From Acidobacteriota bacterium (GTDB lineage Bacteria; Acidobacteriota; Thermoanaerobaculia; Gp7-AA8), in NCBI GenBank assembly GCA_039932995.1, contig JBDTOZ010000740.1, positions 1 to 52,923 of the forward strand: a stretch of 52,923 nt of DNA, in the 5' to 3' direction. This document shows, in pieces, positions 24,785-35,044 of the stretch; position 1 is the first letter of the stretch, and every line of letters starts with the position of its first letter. The notes beneath the pieces are model-generated. The model had not been told where the DNA came from, ran no database searches, and worked only from the letters and a program-made list of their open reading frames with translations. The translations under genes and the position numbers were made by a program.

Positions 24785-26524
24785 TTACTGGTTCTTTTCC
24801 TTCTCCAGTTGTGCAATCCGCTCGTTGAGCTGCTCGATGGTCTTCTGCTGCTCCTGCACGACCTTCGTGACGACGGCGACGATGTCGAGAGCGCTGAGGC
24901 CATCACGTTCCGGAGTGGCCACGAGGTCCGGCACGTCCTCGGCGATGAAGCCGACCTTCGGGTCCGCCGGGAGGACCTTGTAGTTGTACGTAACGGGAGT
25001 GAGATCGTGAAGCGCCTGCATCGCACTCTCGGCAGAGAGATCGACGATGTGCTCCTTGGCGATGCGCGACGAATTGTCCTGCCAGACGCCGGCCGCGGTA
25101 AGGCGAGCGGTGACGGCGCCGTTCGTGTATTGGATCGGCGAGGTCGGATTTCCACCGCTGGACGCCGTGTCACCGAGGCCGATGAAACCTTCGTTGTCGA
25201 TCAACAGACGAGTGGTGTTGCCGGTGGCGAAGCGCAGCGATGGATTCGGAGCGGTCGCGTTCGAGTCGGGGCGTACGTTGAAGAAACCCGCGGCGCGGCC
25301 GAAAGAATTGCCGGCGTGGCCGATGTTGAGGGCCGACAGGGTGCCGCTCTCTCCACCCGGATCTTCGCCGATGCCGATGAACGTGTCCGTGGTGCTGGTG
25401 CCGAAGACATGCAGCTTGGCTTCCGGGCTCGCGGTCCCGATGCCCACGCTACCCGACGCGTTGATGTCGATCGAGCTGGTCGGCGCTCCCGGACGAATCC
25501 GGAACGGGAGGCGTGAGCCGCCGGTCACGTCGCGGACGAAGAAGTTGGCTTCGTTGCCGGCCACGTCCCAGGTCTGGGCGGTGAAGCCGCCGGCGTTGGT
25601 CTGCTCGAGGCGGATCGCCGGGGTGTTGCTGGTGGAGACGTGCAGGTCGAGGACCGGCGTGGAAGTCCGGAAGCCGACCCGGCCCGTGCTGTCGACGAAG
25701 ATGGAGTTGGTGGCCGCGCCGGCCGTGACGGTCACCGGAACCTTGGCGCCGGTGATGTCCTCGATCGAGAACTTGTTGGCCCCGCCGCTGGCAGAGTCGT
25801 TCGCGGTGAGCTGCCAGTCGTTGCTGGGGAAGGAGCCCACGCTGGTGTCCTCGAACTTGATCCGCGTGCTGTTCTCCTTGAGACGGATCGTGTCGAAGCC
25901 GAAGCTCTCGCCGTTGACGCAGTCGAGGCCGACGCAGGTGCTGCCCTGGACGATCAGATCGTCGGCGATGACCTGGTCATTCACCGCGACCTTGCCCGGT
26001 GCCCTTGCAGCAGGGGTCCGAGGTGCCGGCGTTCCGTCCGTGATGGACTCAACCGCGCCCGCGGCCGAAGCGCCTGGCTCAATGGCGTCGGTGTCGACGA
26101 TCGAGCCGCGCAGAATCGTGAACGCGCCGGACTGTCCCGTCGCCGTCAGTCCCGCATCCCGCATGATCTTCTTGGCGGCGGCGTCATCGTTCGCGGCGCG
26201 CGCGTTCTCGAGGCTCTTGGCCACGGCCGGCGAGACCTTCTGGTAGATGCGCAATTCGTACTGGTACGTTCCGTCTTCGAGATCGCTGCCGAGGTCCTGC
26301 AGGCGAAGGGACGGATTCTGACCGGCCTTGAACTCCCGGGTGATGAGATCGCCGCTGGGACTCACGACCCGCAATTCGATGCGGTCGTGACCGGTGGTCG
26401 AAAGCTGCCAGTCGATGGTCGACCCGCCTCCGCGGGCCTTCGCAACCGGTTCGCCGAAGGCGGCGAACGGAATCGCGAGGATCATCGCAATAGTGACTAG
26501 ACGCGTTAGCGAGAACCGAATCAT
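24785..26524 (-). CDS. secreted tail-fibre-like protein with C-terminal intramolecular chaperone (peptidase S74) domain
   Basis: Signal peptide MIRFSLTRLVTIAMILAIPFAAFGEP and RBS GAGGAGG. The C-terminal part, NSSRIAKEHIVDL...PVTYNYK...GFIAEDV...LDIVAVVTKVVQEQQKTIEQLNERIAQLE, fits the S-x4-K dyad and coiled tail of the endosialidase chaperone domain. Confidence 0.75.
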   Translation of the reverse strand: MIRFSLTRLVTIAMILAIPFAAFGEPVAKARGGGSTIDWQLSTTGHDRIELRVVSPSGDLITREFKAGQNPSLRLQDLGSDLEDGTYQYELRIYQKVSPAVAKSLENARAANDDAAAKKIMRDAGLTATGQSGAFTILRGSIVDTDAIEPGASAAGAVESITDGTPAPRTPAARAPGKVAVNDQVIADDLIVQGSTCVGLDCVNGESFGFDTIRLKENSTRIKFEDTSVGSFPSNDWQLTANDSASGGANKFSIEDITGAKVPVTVTAGAATNSIFVDSTGRVGFRTSTPVLDLHVSTSNTPAIRLEQTNAGGFTAQTWDVAGNEANFFVRDVTGGSRLPFRIRPGAPTSSIDINASGSVGIGTASPEAKLHVFGTSTTDTFIGIGEDPGGESGTLSALNIGHAGNSFGRAAGFFNVRPDSNATAPNPSLRFATGNTTRLLIDNEGFIGLGDTASSGGNPTSPIQYTNGAVTARLTAAGVWQDNSSRIAKEHIVDLSAESAMQALHDLTPVTYNYKVLPADPKVGFIAEDVPDLVATPERDGLSALDIVAVVTKVVQEQQKTIEQLNERIAQLEKEKNQ

Positions 26525-26748
26525 GTTGTTCCTCCTCTGATGAAACCATACGCACAGGGGACAAATCCCCGGTGCCCCACTCCCACTCTCGTGGGTCTGA
26601 CGACAGTTACGGCAAGACGCGGATGGGTAACTATACGCGCGACATCGTCACGGACGAATGTGATTTCTCTCACGCTCGGGGGACGGACCGCAAGATTTTG
26701 GTAAGCAGACGACGCTTTTGATGGTCCGGTCTGGTCCCTCGGAGGCGC

Positions 26749-28290
26749 TCACTCCCACTCGATGGTGCCCGGAGGCTTGGAGGAGATGTCGTAGACGACG
26801 CGGTTGATCCCGCGAACTTCGTTCACGATGCGCCGGGAGATGCGGTCGAGGAGCTCGTGGGGCATCCGAAACCAGTCGGCGGTCATGAAGTCCGCGGTGG
26901 TCACGGCCCGAACGGCGCAGACGTTTTCATAGGTTCGCTCGTCGCCCATGACGCCGACGCTCTTGACCGGCAGGAGGACGGCGAAGGCCTGGGCGATCTC
27001 CCGATAGAGGCCGGCGGCGCGGATCTCCTCGATGACGATCTGATCGGCGTTTTGAAGGATGTTCACCCGCGCCTCAGTGACTTCGCCGAGGATCCGCACG
27101 GCCAGACCGGGCCCGGGAAAGGGGTGGCGCCAGACGAATTCCTCTTCCAGGCCAAGCTCCAGTCCGAGCTGGCGCACCTCGTCTTTGAAGAGCTCTCGCA
27201 CCGGCTCGATGAGTTTGAGACCCATCTTCTCCGGCAGGCCGCCGACGTTGTGATGGGTCTTGATGACCGCGGAAGGTCCCTTGATGGAGACGGATTCGAT
27301 GACGTCGGGATAGAGAGTGCCCTGCACGAGAAACTCGACGTCCGGAATTCTCTTCGCCTCTTCCTCGAAGATGGCGATGAACTCGTTGCCGATGCGCTTG
27401 CGCTTCGCCTCCGGATCTTCGATCCCGGCCAGGCGCTCGTAGAAGCGCTGGCGGGCATCGACCTGCAGGAAACGCAATCCCAGGCGATCGCTGAGGCGCG
27501 CACCGACCTGCACGGACTCGTTTTTCCGGAGGACACCGTTGTCGACGAAGACCGCAGTGAGTTGATCGCCGATGGCCTCGGCGACGAGCAGAGCGGCCAC
27601 CGTGGAATCGACGCCCCCGCTGACGGCCACGATGGCGCGCCGATCGCCGACCTGGCGCCGGATCTCTTCCACCTTGCGGCGGCGAAAGTCCCCCAGGTCC
27701 CAGGAGGGCTCACATCGGGCGATGCCGAACAGAAAGTTGCGCAGAATCTCCGTGCCCGCTTCGGTGTGCGTGACCTCGGGATGAAACTGGATGCCATAGC
27801 ACTGGCGTTCCGCGTTTTCGAATGCCGTCACCGGCGCGCTGGGCGAAGTGGCGGTCGTGTGAAAGCCGGGCGGTCCGGCCAGAATGTGGTCTCCGTGACT
27901 GGCCCACACCCGCTGATGTTTCGGGGTCCCGGCGAAGAGGGGAGAGTCAGCGAGGATGTCGATCTCGGCGCGGCCGTACTCGCGCTCGGAGGCGGCCTCG
28001 ACCCTCCCCTTCAGGAAGTATGCGGTGAGCTGCATCCCGTAGCAAATGCCGAGGATGGGGACGCCGAGCTCGAAGATCTCCCTCGAACAGTATGGGGCTC
28101 CCTCGGCGTAGACCGACTGGGGGCCGCCCGACAGAATGATGGCGCGAGGACTGAGCTCACGAATCTTTTCGATCGGATGATCGAATGGATGAACGACCGA
28201 GTAGACACTCTGTTCGCGGATGCGCCGAGCGATCAGTTGCGTGTATTGGGAGCCGAAGTCGAGGACGAGGACGGTCTGCGCAGGGAGCAC
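26749..28290 (-). CDS. guaA: glutamine-hydrolysing GMP synthase
   Basis: GATase [11 protein letters not shown]-PPase P-loop SGGVDSTV, and C-terminal KPPGTIEWE. Confidence 0.97.
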   Translation of the reverse strand: MLPAQTVLVLDFGSQYTQLIARRIREQSVYSVVHPFDHPIEKIRELSPRAIILSGGPQSVYAEGAPYCSREIFELGVPILGICYGMQLTAYFLKGRVEAASEREYGRAEIDILADSPLFAGTPKHQRVWASHGDHILAGPPGFHTTATSPSAPVTAFENAERQCYGIQFHPEVTHTEAGTEILRNFLFGIARCEPSWDLGDFRRRKVEEIRRQVGDRRAIVAVSGGVDSTVAALLVAEAIGDQLTAVFVDNGVLRKNESVQVGARLSDRLGLRFLQVDARQRFYERLAGIEDPEAKRKRIGNEFIAIFEEEAKRIPDVEFLVQGTLYPDVIESVSIKGPSAVIKTHHNVGGLPEKMGLKLIEPVRELFKDEVRQLGLELGLEEEFVWRHPFPGPGLAVRILGEVTEARVNILQNADQIVIEEIRAAGLYREIAQAFAVLLPVKSVGVMGDERTYENVCAVRAVTTADFMTADWFRMPHELLDRISRRIVNEVRGINRVVYDISSKPPGTIEWE

Positions 28291-28351
28291 GCGCGCATTC
28301 TAGTGCAGGGGGCGAAGGGGTAGGTGGCAGGGCGCAGCCCCAAGGTCATTC

Positions 28352-28399
28352 GACAAAAAGGAAGGGGCCGCCTGCGCATTGCCTGGTGCGCGGCGGCCC
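28352..28399 (-). terminator. intrinsic terminator downstream of the HU/IHF gene
   Basis: On the minus strand: GGGCCGCCGCGCA-ccaggcaa-TGCGCAGGCGGCCC followed by CTTCCTTTTTG. Confidence 0.75.
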
Positions 28400-28516
28400 G
28401 GAAGGTGGGAGGTGCATCACGGGGGTTTGTGTGATGCGGTGTGCTTCGTTCGTCACTACCTATGACGATGGCCACGCCGCGATGTTGCGCCCTCCGGACG
28501 TTCGGTTGCCGGTTGT

Positions 28517-28786
28517 TTACAACAGGTTCCTGAGCTCCTTGCCCGGCTTGAAGCGGATGGTGTTGCCGGGTGGGATTTTCACCTCGACCCCGGTCTTGGG
28601 GTTGCGGCCGATGCCCTTCTTACGCTGTTTGACCTGGAAAACGCCGAAGCCACGCAACTCGATGCGCTGCCCCCGCGCCAGAGCGTTCCGGAGACCTTCG
28701 ATCACGGTGTCGACCGCCTGGGCTGCCTTGACGCGGGAAATTTCCGACTCTTCCGCGACTTTGTTGACGATGTCCGCCTTGATCAT
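28517..28786 (-). CDS. HU/IHF family DNA-binding protein
   Basis: 89 aa from ATG 28786, preceded by GGAGGAAAG. RIELRGFGVFQVKQRKKGIGRNPKTGVEVKIPPGNTIRFKPGKELR is the classical HU/IHF arm. Confidence 0.9.
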   Translation of the reverse strand: MIKADIVNKVAEESEISRVKAAQAVDTVIEGLRNALARGQRIELRGFGVFQVKQRKKGIGRNPKTGVEVKIPPGNTIRFKPGKELRNLL

Positions 28787-28805
28787 CTTTCCTCCGAAGG
28801 CGCTG

Positions 28806-28811
28806 ATTATA
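28806..28811 (-). promoter_or_regulatory. perfect -10 box TATAAT upstream of the HU/IHF gene
   Basis: The minus strand reads CTTTTGTATAATCAGCGCCTTCGGAGGAAAGATG. No convincing -35 is seen. Confidence 0.4.
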
Positions 28812-28832
28812 CAAAAGTTGCGGACCGACACC

Positions 28833-29207
28833 ATGGAACGACACAGGATCGATGTCTGGCTCAAGCTGGTCTGTCTGGTCAAACACCGGGCGGATGCGAC
28901 GGAGGCGTGCAAAGGCGGGAAGGTCAAGATCAACGGCCTGCGGGTGAAGCCCGCGGCGGCCGTGAGCAAAAATGACCTCGTGGAGTTCTACGACGGAGCG
29001 GACCATTACCGCCGCGTCGTCGTTCAGGCGCTGCCCGCCGGAAATGTCTCGAAGGAAGACGCCAGAACGATGTATCTCGATCAGACTCCGGAGCGAACCA
29101 CCGTCGAAAAGGTGGCCATGTCGCGCGAGCGCGGCATGGGCCGGCCCACCAAACGGGACCGGCGGGAGATCGACAAGGTCAGGGCGCAGGGCCCGGAGCA
29201 GGAATGA
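28833..29207 (+). CDS. S4-domain RNA-binding protein (Hsp15-like)
   Basis: ATG 28833. RIDVWLKLVCLVKHRADATEACKGGKVKINGLRVKPAAAVSKNDLVEF fits the S4 fold. The track ORF from 28185 is an upstream extension that runs antisense over the HU/IHF gene and the guaA start. Confidence 0.75.
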   Translation: MERHRIDVWLKLVCLVKHRADATEACKGGKVKINGLRVKPAAAVSKNDLVEFYDGADHYRRVVVQALPAGNVSKEDARTMYLDQTPERTTVEKVAMSRERGMGRPTKRDRREIDKVRAQGPEQE

Positions 29208-29241
29208 AGCGCTCCCCGTTCCTCTACCGTTGATTTCCTGC

Positions 29242-29272
29242 GAACGCGCCCTGAAAAAGTCAGGGCGCGTTC
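29242..29272. terminator. perfect 13-bp hairpin between the convergent S4-domain gene and rodA (overlaps the last rodA codons)
   Basis: GAACGCGCCCTGA-aaaag-TCAGGGCGCGTTC. There is no clear U-tract on either strand, so terminator function is uncertain. Confidence 0.45.
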
Positions 29273-30360
29273 ACGAACCTGCGCATCTCGACATTTGCGA
29301 TCAGGCCGATGGCGATGAAGAACATCATCGTCGATGAGCCGCCATAGGAGATCAGCGGAAGCGGAATGCCCGTCGTCGGCAGGATGCCGATCTGCATCGA
29401 GACGTTGATCAGGATGTGAAAGACGAAGAAGGCCACAAGGCCGATGATCAGGAATGTGCCTCCTCGGTCACGGGCATGCTTGGCGAACGTCAAGGCCAGA
29501 ATGACGAAATAGAGGTAAAGCCCCAGCACGACCGTCACCCCGATGAATCCCCACTCTTCCCCCAGCACCGAGAAGATGAAGTCCGTGTGATGTTCGGGGA
29601 CGAACCCGAATTTCCCCTGCGTTCCGTGACGGAATCCCTTGCCGTGGATGCCACCCGAGCCGATGGCGATCTTGGCTTGCGTGACCTGGTATCCCGATCC
29701 GAGAGGATCTCTCTCCGGGTTGAGGAAGATCATCACCCGTTCCTTCTGATACGGCTTGAGGAACAGGAACCACCCGGCCGGGAGAGCCAGCGCGGCGATG
29801 AGGATCATGGCCACCCATACCTTCGGACGGATGCCGCCGAAGAACATGGCCACGGCATACAGCGGAAAGAAGGACGCCGCCGTTCCGAAGTCGGGCTGAA
29901 TGATGATCATCCCCACCGGCAGACTGATGATGCCCATCACGATCACGAAAGAGCGTACGTCGAGATAGGCCCGGTCATTCGAGTCGAAGAAGCGCGCCAC
30001 CATGAGCGCGGTGAAGATCTTCATGAACTCCGAGGGTTGGAACTGGAAGCCGCCGATGTGGATCCATGAGCGCACGTTGGCGGTCAGTCGCCCGAAGACC
30101 ATCAGGTAGAGCAAGAGGGCGATCCCCACGCCGTAGAGGATGGGGGCGATGTCGAAGAGGACGTGGTAGTCGACGATCATGAAGGCCACCATCAGGGCGA
30201 TGCCGATGCAGACCCAGAGCACCTGCTTTTTGGCGGTGTTCAGCGTGGGATCGCCGTAGAAGGTGGCGCTGTAAACGAGCAGCACGCCGATGCAGGCCAG
30301 GACGATGGCCGTGCCGAGGAAGTTCCAGTCGATGTTCGGGCCGCGGTCTCTGAAGATCAT
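29260..30360 (-). CDS. rodA: SEDS-family peptidoglycan glycosyltransferase RodA
   Basis: FQPSEFMK and LPTTGIPLPLISYGGSS motifs. Immediately downstream of mrdA, with overlapping stop and start. Confidence 0.92.
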   Translation of the reverse strand: MIFRDRGPNIDWNFLGTAIVLACIGVLLVYSATFYGDPTLNTAKKQVLWVCIGIALMVAFMIVDYHVLFDIAPILYGVGIALLLYLMVFGRLTANVRSWIHIGGFQFQPSEFMKIFTALMVARFFDSNDRAYLDVRSFVIVMGIISLPVGMIIIQPDFGTAASFFPLYAVAMFFGGIRPKVWVAMILIAALALPAGWFLFLKPYQKERVMIFLNPERDPLGSGYQVTQAKIAIGSGGIHGKGFRHGTQGKFGFVPEHHTDFIFSVLGEEWGFIGVTVVLGLYLYFVILALTFAKHARDRGGTFLIIGLVAFFVFHILINVSMQIGILPTTGIPLPLISYGGSSTMMFFIAIGLIANVEMRRFVNAP

Positions 30361-32291
30361 CGTGTGCTCGGAAGGGGCAGTTCCCCTTCCCGGATTTGCT
30401 CGAGCGTTTCGGGGTTGTTGAGGTCGAGCCGCGCGCCCTGGACTTTGTCGCGGAAGCCGGACTCGTAGAGGAGCTTGGCCAGCGGGGCTGCGTCGGCGCC
30501 CCCCGCTCCGCCGTGTTCCACGAAGACCACCACCACCATCTGCGGGTTGTCTCGGGGAGCAAAAGACGCGAACCAGGCGTGGTCACGGTATTTGAACGGG
30601 AGCGAGTTGGCCTTGATCCAGCCGGAGTAGGCGATGACCTGCACCGAGCCGGTCTTGCCGGCGATGTCCAGACCTTCGACGCGGGCATTGGCGCCGGTTC
30701 CGCCCTGCTCGTTGACGACGGCCCACAGTCCCTGGCGAACGGCCTTGAGCGCGGAGGGGGAGAGCTGGACCTCGTGCAGGACGCGGCTGGGAACCCGGAA
30801 GCGTTTGTACGAACCGTCCTTCTGCACCCGGTCGACGAATTTGACGACGTGGGGTTGGAAGACTTTGCCACCGTTGGCCACGGCCGCGGCCATGTTTGCC
30901 ACCTGCAGGGGAGTGACGATGAGCGGCCCCTGGCCGATGGCGACCGAAATGGTCTCCGAGGGATACCACTTGCGATTCTGTTTCACGCGCGCCCACTCGG
31001 TGGAGGGGACGATGCCGGCGCGCTCACCATCGAGGTCGATGTGAGAGATCTCGCCGAAACTCAACTTGCGCGCGTAGTCATGGATCCGATCGACGCCCAG
31101 GCGGCCGCCGGTGTTGTAGAAATAGATGTCACAGGAGACTTTGAGGGCGCGCTCGACGTTGACGGCGCCGTGCCCCTCTTTCTTCCAGCAACGGAAGCGG
31201 CGGCCGAAGAAGACGCCGCTGCCGCCGCAGTTGAACGTGGTCTGAGGATCGACAGCCCCTTCGGAGAGTCCGGCCATGGCCATGACGATCTTGAAGACCG
31301 AGCCGGGGGAGTAGAGGCCCTGAATGGCGCGATTCAGCTCGATCTTGAAGGGATTGCTGGTGATGGTCTTGTAGACGTCGGGGGCGAAGCGGCGCGAGTA
31401 GACGTTGGGATTGTAGGCGGGGGAGGAGACCATGGCCAGGACTTCGCCGTTGCGGGGATCGAGCACGACGGCCGAGCCCACCATCTCGTTCTCGACGAAG
31501 TACTGCTCGGCGCGGCGCTGGAGCTCGAAGTCGAGCGTGAGATAGATGTTGTCGCCCGGAACGGGCTGCTTCTTGGCCGGGACGTATTCGCTGAGCCGGC
31601 GTCCGTCGGCGTCGTACTCCCAGTATTCGGCGCCACCGCGGCCGCGAAGGTACTGGTCGTACATCAGCTCGACCCCGCGCTTGCCGATCAGTTGTCCCTG
31701 CTCCAGGTCGCGGTTCTGCTTCATGTCGCGCTCGTTGACCTCGCCGATGAAGCCGAGAACATGCGCGGCCATGGTGCCGTAGGGGTAGTTGCGACGCTGG
31801 ACCGGGACCACGTTCAGCTCCGGGAAGGCAATCGACTGTGCCTGCACGGAGGCCACTTGAGACATGCTCACGTCTTCGCCGACCGTGAAGGGCTCCGTGA
31901 AGGGCGTCCCTTTCGTCTCTTTGTCCCAGCGGGCCAGCATCTCCAGGGGAGGCTTGTTGAGCACCTGGGAGAGGAAGGCGATCAGCTTGTCACGTCGTTT
32001 CTTGTCCGCCTTCAGCAGCGGCTTCATGACCACGCGATCGACCTGCAGGCGGTAGGCGGGCTGGTTGTCGGCGAGGATCTTCCCGTGCCGGTCCATGATC
32101 AAACCGCGTTTGGGAGGGATCTCGATCTCGCGCAGGGCGTTGGCCTCGGAGAGGCCGCGGTACTTCTCGGCCTGCACGCCCTGAACGAACCAGAACGAGC
32201 CGGCCAGGAAGACGAAGGCGGCTACGATCGCCCACAGGATGGCGTTGATGCGGAACTGCAGAAATTTCTGGTCGTCGCGATAGACACGCAT
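30357..32291 (-). CDS. mrdA: penicillin-binding protein 2 (elongasome transpeptidase)
   Basis: SxxK GSVFKIV, SxD/N KVSCDIYF, KTG AGKTGSV, and an N-terminal TM. Sits between mreD and rodA. Confidence 0.92.
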   Translation of the reverse strand: MRVYRDDQKFLQFRINAILWAIVAAFVFLAGSFWFVQGVQAEKYRGLSEANALREIEIPPKRGLIMDRHGKILADNQPAYRLQVDRVVMKPLLKADKKRRDKLIAFLSQVLNKPPLEMLARWDKETKGTPFTEPFTVGEDVSMSQVASVQAQSIAFPELNVVPVQRRNYPYGTMAAHVLGFIGEVNERDMKQNRDLEQGQLIGKRGVELMYDQYLRGRGGAEYWEYDADGRRLSEYVPAKKQPVPGDNIYLTLDFELQRRAEQYFVENEMVGSAVVLDPRNGEVLAMVSSPAYNPNVYSRRFAPDVYKTITSNPFKIELNRAIQGLYSPGSVFKIVMAMAGLSEGAVDPQTTFNCGGSGVFFGRRFRCWKKEGHGAVNVERALKVSCDIYFYNTGGRLGVDRIHDYARKLSFGEISHIDLDGERAGIVPSTEWARVKQNRKWYPSETISVAIGQGPLIVTPLQVANMAAAVANGGKVFQPHVVKFVDRVQKDGSYKRFRVPSRVLHEVQLSPSALKAVRQGLWAVVNEQGGTGANARVEGLDIAGKTGSVQVIAYSGWIKANSLPFKYRDHAWFASFAPRDNPQMVVVVFVEHGGAGGADAAPLAKLLYESGFRDKVQGARLDLNNPETLEQIREGELPLPSTR

Positions 32292-32296
32292 GTGAG

Positions 32297-32364
32297 GGTT
32301 CCTGGTTTCTGGTTGCGGGTCGCTGGTGGAGGGCCAGCAACCGGCAACCAGTAACTAGCAACGG
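32297..32364. repeat. CAACCAG-class heptamer hairpin (mreD-mrdA gap)
   Basis: GGTTCCTGGTTTCTGGTTGCGGGTCGCTGGT ... CCAGCAACCGGCAACCAGTAACTAGCAACGG. It starts 6 nt from the mrdA start codon. Confidence 0.8.
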
Positions 32365-32369
32365 TTTGG

Positions 32370-32876
32370 TCACCAGGCCGTCTTGCTGCGCGTGGCCGCG
32401 ATCGGCTCCTCGCGCAGGAACAACGTCAGGAGCTGATAGACGAGCATTCCGAACAGGAGCGTGAAGATGGTCTTGACGAGCAGAGCCTGCTCGAACATCT
32501 CCACGCGCTGTTTCATGAGGATGTTCACCAGCACGTAAATCACCAGCTCATTCACGATGACCGCGCCACCCAGGCACGCGCCGAACGCCAAGGCACCGCG
32601 GAGGGCCAGGCGGGCGTTGATGGAGGAGACGATGTAGGCGCAGACCGTGAGGGAGAAGGCGTGCAAGCCGAAGGGGGCATTCGAAAACGCGTCCTGAACG
32701 AATCCGGCCAGCACGCCGGCAGCAATCGCGCCGAGGACGTTGCCGCCCATCGAGTAGTAGATGACCAGGATGACGTAGGGATTGAAGAAGGCCAGAGCGT
32801 TCGGATAGAAGCTGTCCAGCAGTGAGTGCAGGGTCAGCGCGAGCAGCAGGCCAATGGCGAACCTCAGCCACCTCAC
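32370..32876 (-). CDS. mreD: rod shape-determining protein MreD
   Basis: 168-aa polytopic membrane protein. The GTG start overlaps the mreC stop (GTGA). Sits after mreC. Confidence 0.75.
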   Translation of the reverse strand: MRWLRFAIGLLLALTLHSLLDSFYPNALAFFNPYVILVIYYSMGGNVLGAIAAGVLAGFVQDAFSNAPFGLHAFSLTVCAYIVSSINARLALRGALAFGACLGGAVIVNELVIYVLVNILMKQRVEMFEQALLVKTIFTLLFGMLVYQLLTLFLREEPIAATRSKTAW

Positions 32877-33733
32877 GGCTCGTACCTCACGACCTGCGAC
32901 GGGATCTTGCGGGTATGGATCACGATCACTTCCTCGATGGTCCCGAAATCGACGGCCGGCTTGACCGTGATGGTTTTGAAGAGAGATTGTCCCGGGTCGG
33001 AGCGGACCACCGTGCCGATGGGAATGCCTTTGGGGAAGATGCCGTCGATGCCGGCGGTCAGGACGCGGTCCCCGGGCTGCACGTCGGCCAGGGAGGGGAT
33101 GTCCAGCATCTGCACGATGGAGCCCCCTGTGCCGCGCACCACGCCCTGGCGGCGGGTGCGCTCCACGAGCGAGCCCACCGAGCAGTTGTTGTCGGTGACC
33201 AGTTGCACCTTGGCCAGATCGTTGGTGGTGAGCACGACTCTGCCGATCAGGCCATTGGCGTTGGCCACGATGTCGTTGACCTGCACACCGTCCGCGGAGC
33301 CGTGGTCGATGATCACGGATTTGAAGCGTCCGGCCGTGTCCAGCATGATGGTCTGGGCCATGGACGTCTCGAAGTCGAATTGTTCGGAGTAGGCGAGCAG
33401 GCTGCGCAGCCTGCGCAGATCGCTGCCGGACTGGCGGAGCTTGAGGTTCTCGCTAGTGAGGGTGCCCACCTTGCGGCGAAGGTCGACGTTCTCATTCACG
33501 GCCCGGCGCATGTCGATGTAGCCGGAATGAATGTCCTGCAGCGTGCCTCCCACCCAATTGACGAACTTGGGAACGGGCGAGAAAACGGTCATGACCGTCC
33601 GCTCGAACATCGTGCGGGTCTCTCCGATGTATCGCGTCCTGCTGCTGACGCTCATCAAAAAGAAGAGCAGCGAGAGGACGACGATGAAGAGGAGGGTGGG
33701 GCGGCGCGGGATGACGTCAGTCGGTACAGCCAT
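32873..33733 (-). CDS. mreC: rod shape-determining protein MreC
   Basis: N-terminal TM, a coiled-coil (LRRKVGTLTSENLKLRQ) and a beta-rich C-terminal region (GDRVLTAGIDGIFPKGIPIGTV). Sits after mreB. Confidence 0.85.
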   Translation of the reverse strand: MAVPTDVIPRRPTLLFIVVLSLLFFLMSVSSRTRYIGETRTMFERTVMTVFSPVPKFVNWVGGTLQDIHSGYIDMRRAVNENVDLRRKVGTLTSENLKLRQSGSDLRRLRSLLAYSEQFDFETSMAQTIMLDTAGRFKSVIIDHGSADGVQVNDIVANANGLIGRVVLTTNDLAKVQLVTDNNCSVGSLVERTRRQGVVRGTGGSIVQMLDIPSLADVQPGDRVLTAGIDGIFPKGIPIGTVVRSDPGQSLFKTITVKPAVDFGTIEEVIVIHTRKIPSQVVRYEP

Positions 33734-33775
33734 GGTTTTCGCCAGCGAAGCTCAGCAGGATTCCTGCCACTCCAT

Positions 33776-33862
33776 GTTGCTGGTTGTTGGTTGTCGGTTC
33801 TCTGCGGAAGTCGGGTGTTGGGCCAAGGCCCCGCAAGCAACCAGCAACCAGTCACCAGTAAC
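33776..33862. repeat. CAACCAG-class heptamer hairpin (mreB-mreC gap)
   Basis: GTTGCTGGTTGTTGGTTGTCGGTTCTCTGCGG ... CCGCAAGCAACCAGCAACCAGTCACCAGTAAC, with a central GGCCAAGGCC palindrome. Confidence 0.85.
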
Positions 33863-33864
33863 CG

Positions 33865-34917
<1,053 letters not shown>

Positions 34918-35044
34918 TTACCCAGCGACGAGCGGGCTTTGTGCAAAAGGGGAACCAGTTGCGTGTTGATGGTTGGTGGCTGCTGAAGAGACGAGGTTGT
35001 GGGGGCGGCGGAACCTCCGCCAACGGCCAGGTGTCTACAGCGAG

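Noticed and set aside
24785-26524. The tail-fibre-like gene as evidence for a prophage or tailocin.
   Set aside because: No capsid, terminase, tail tube/sheath, baseplate, lysis or integrase genes occur anywhere in the 53 kb. The flanks are guaA and glycan genes, and the protein has a Sec signal peptide.
26525-26748. Promoter for the S74-domain gene (a TATAGT-like box at 26630-26635 on the minus strand).
   Set aside because: No acceptable -35 at 16-19 nt, and the box would leave a leader of about 100 nt with no other support. Too weak to list as a feature.
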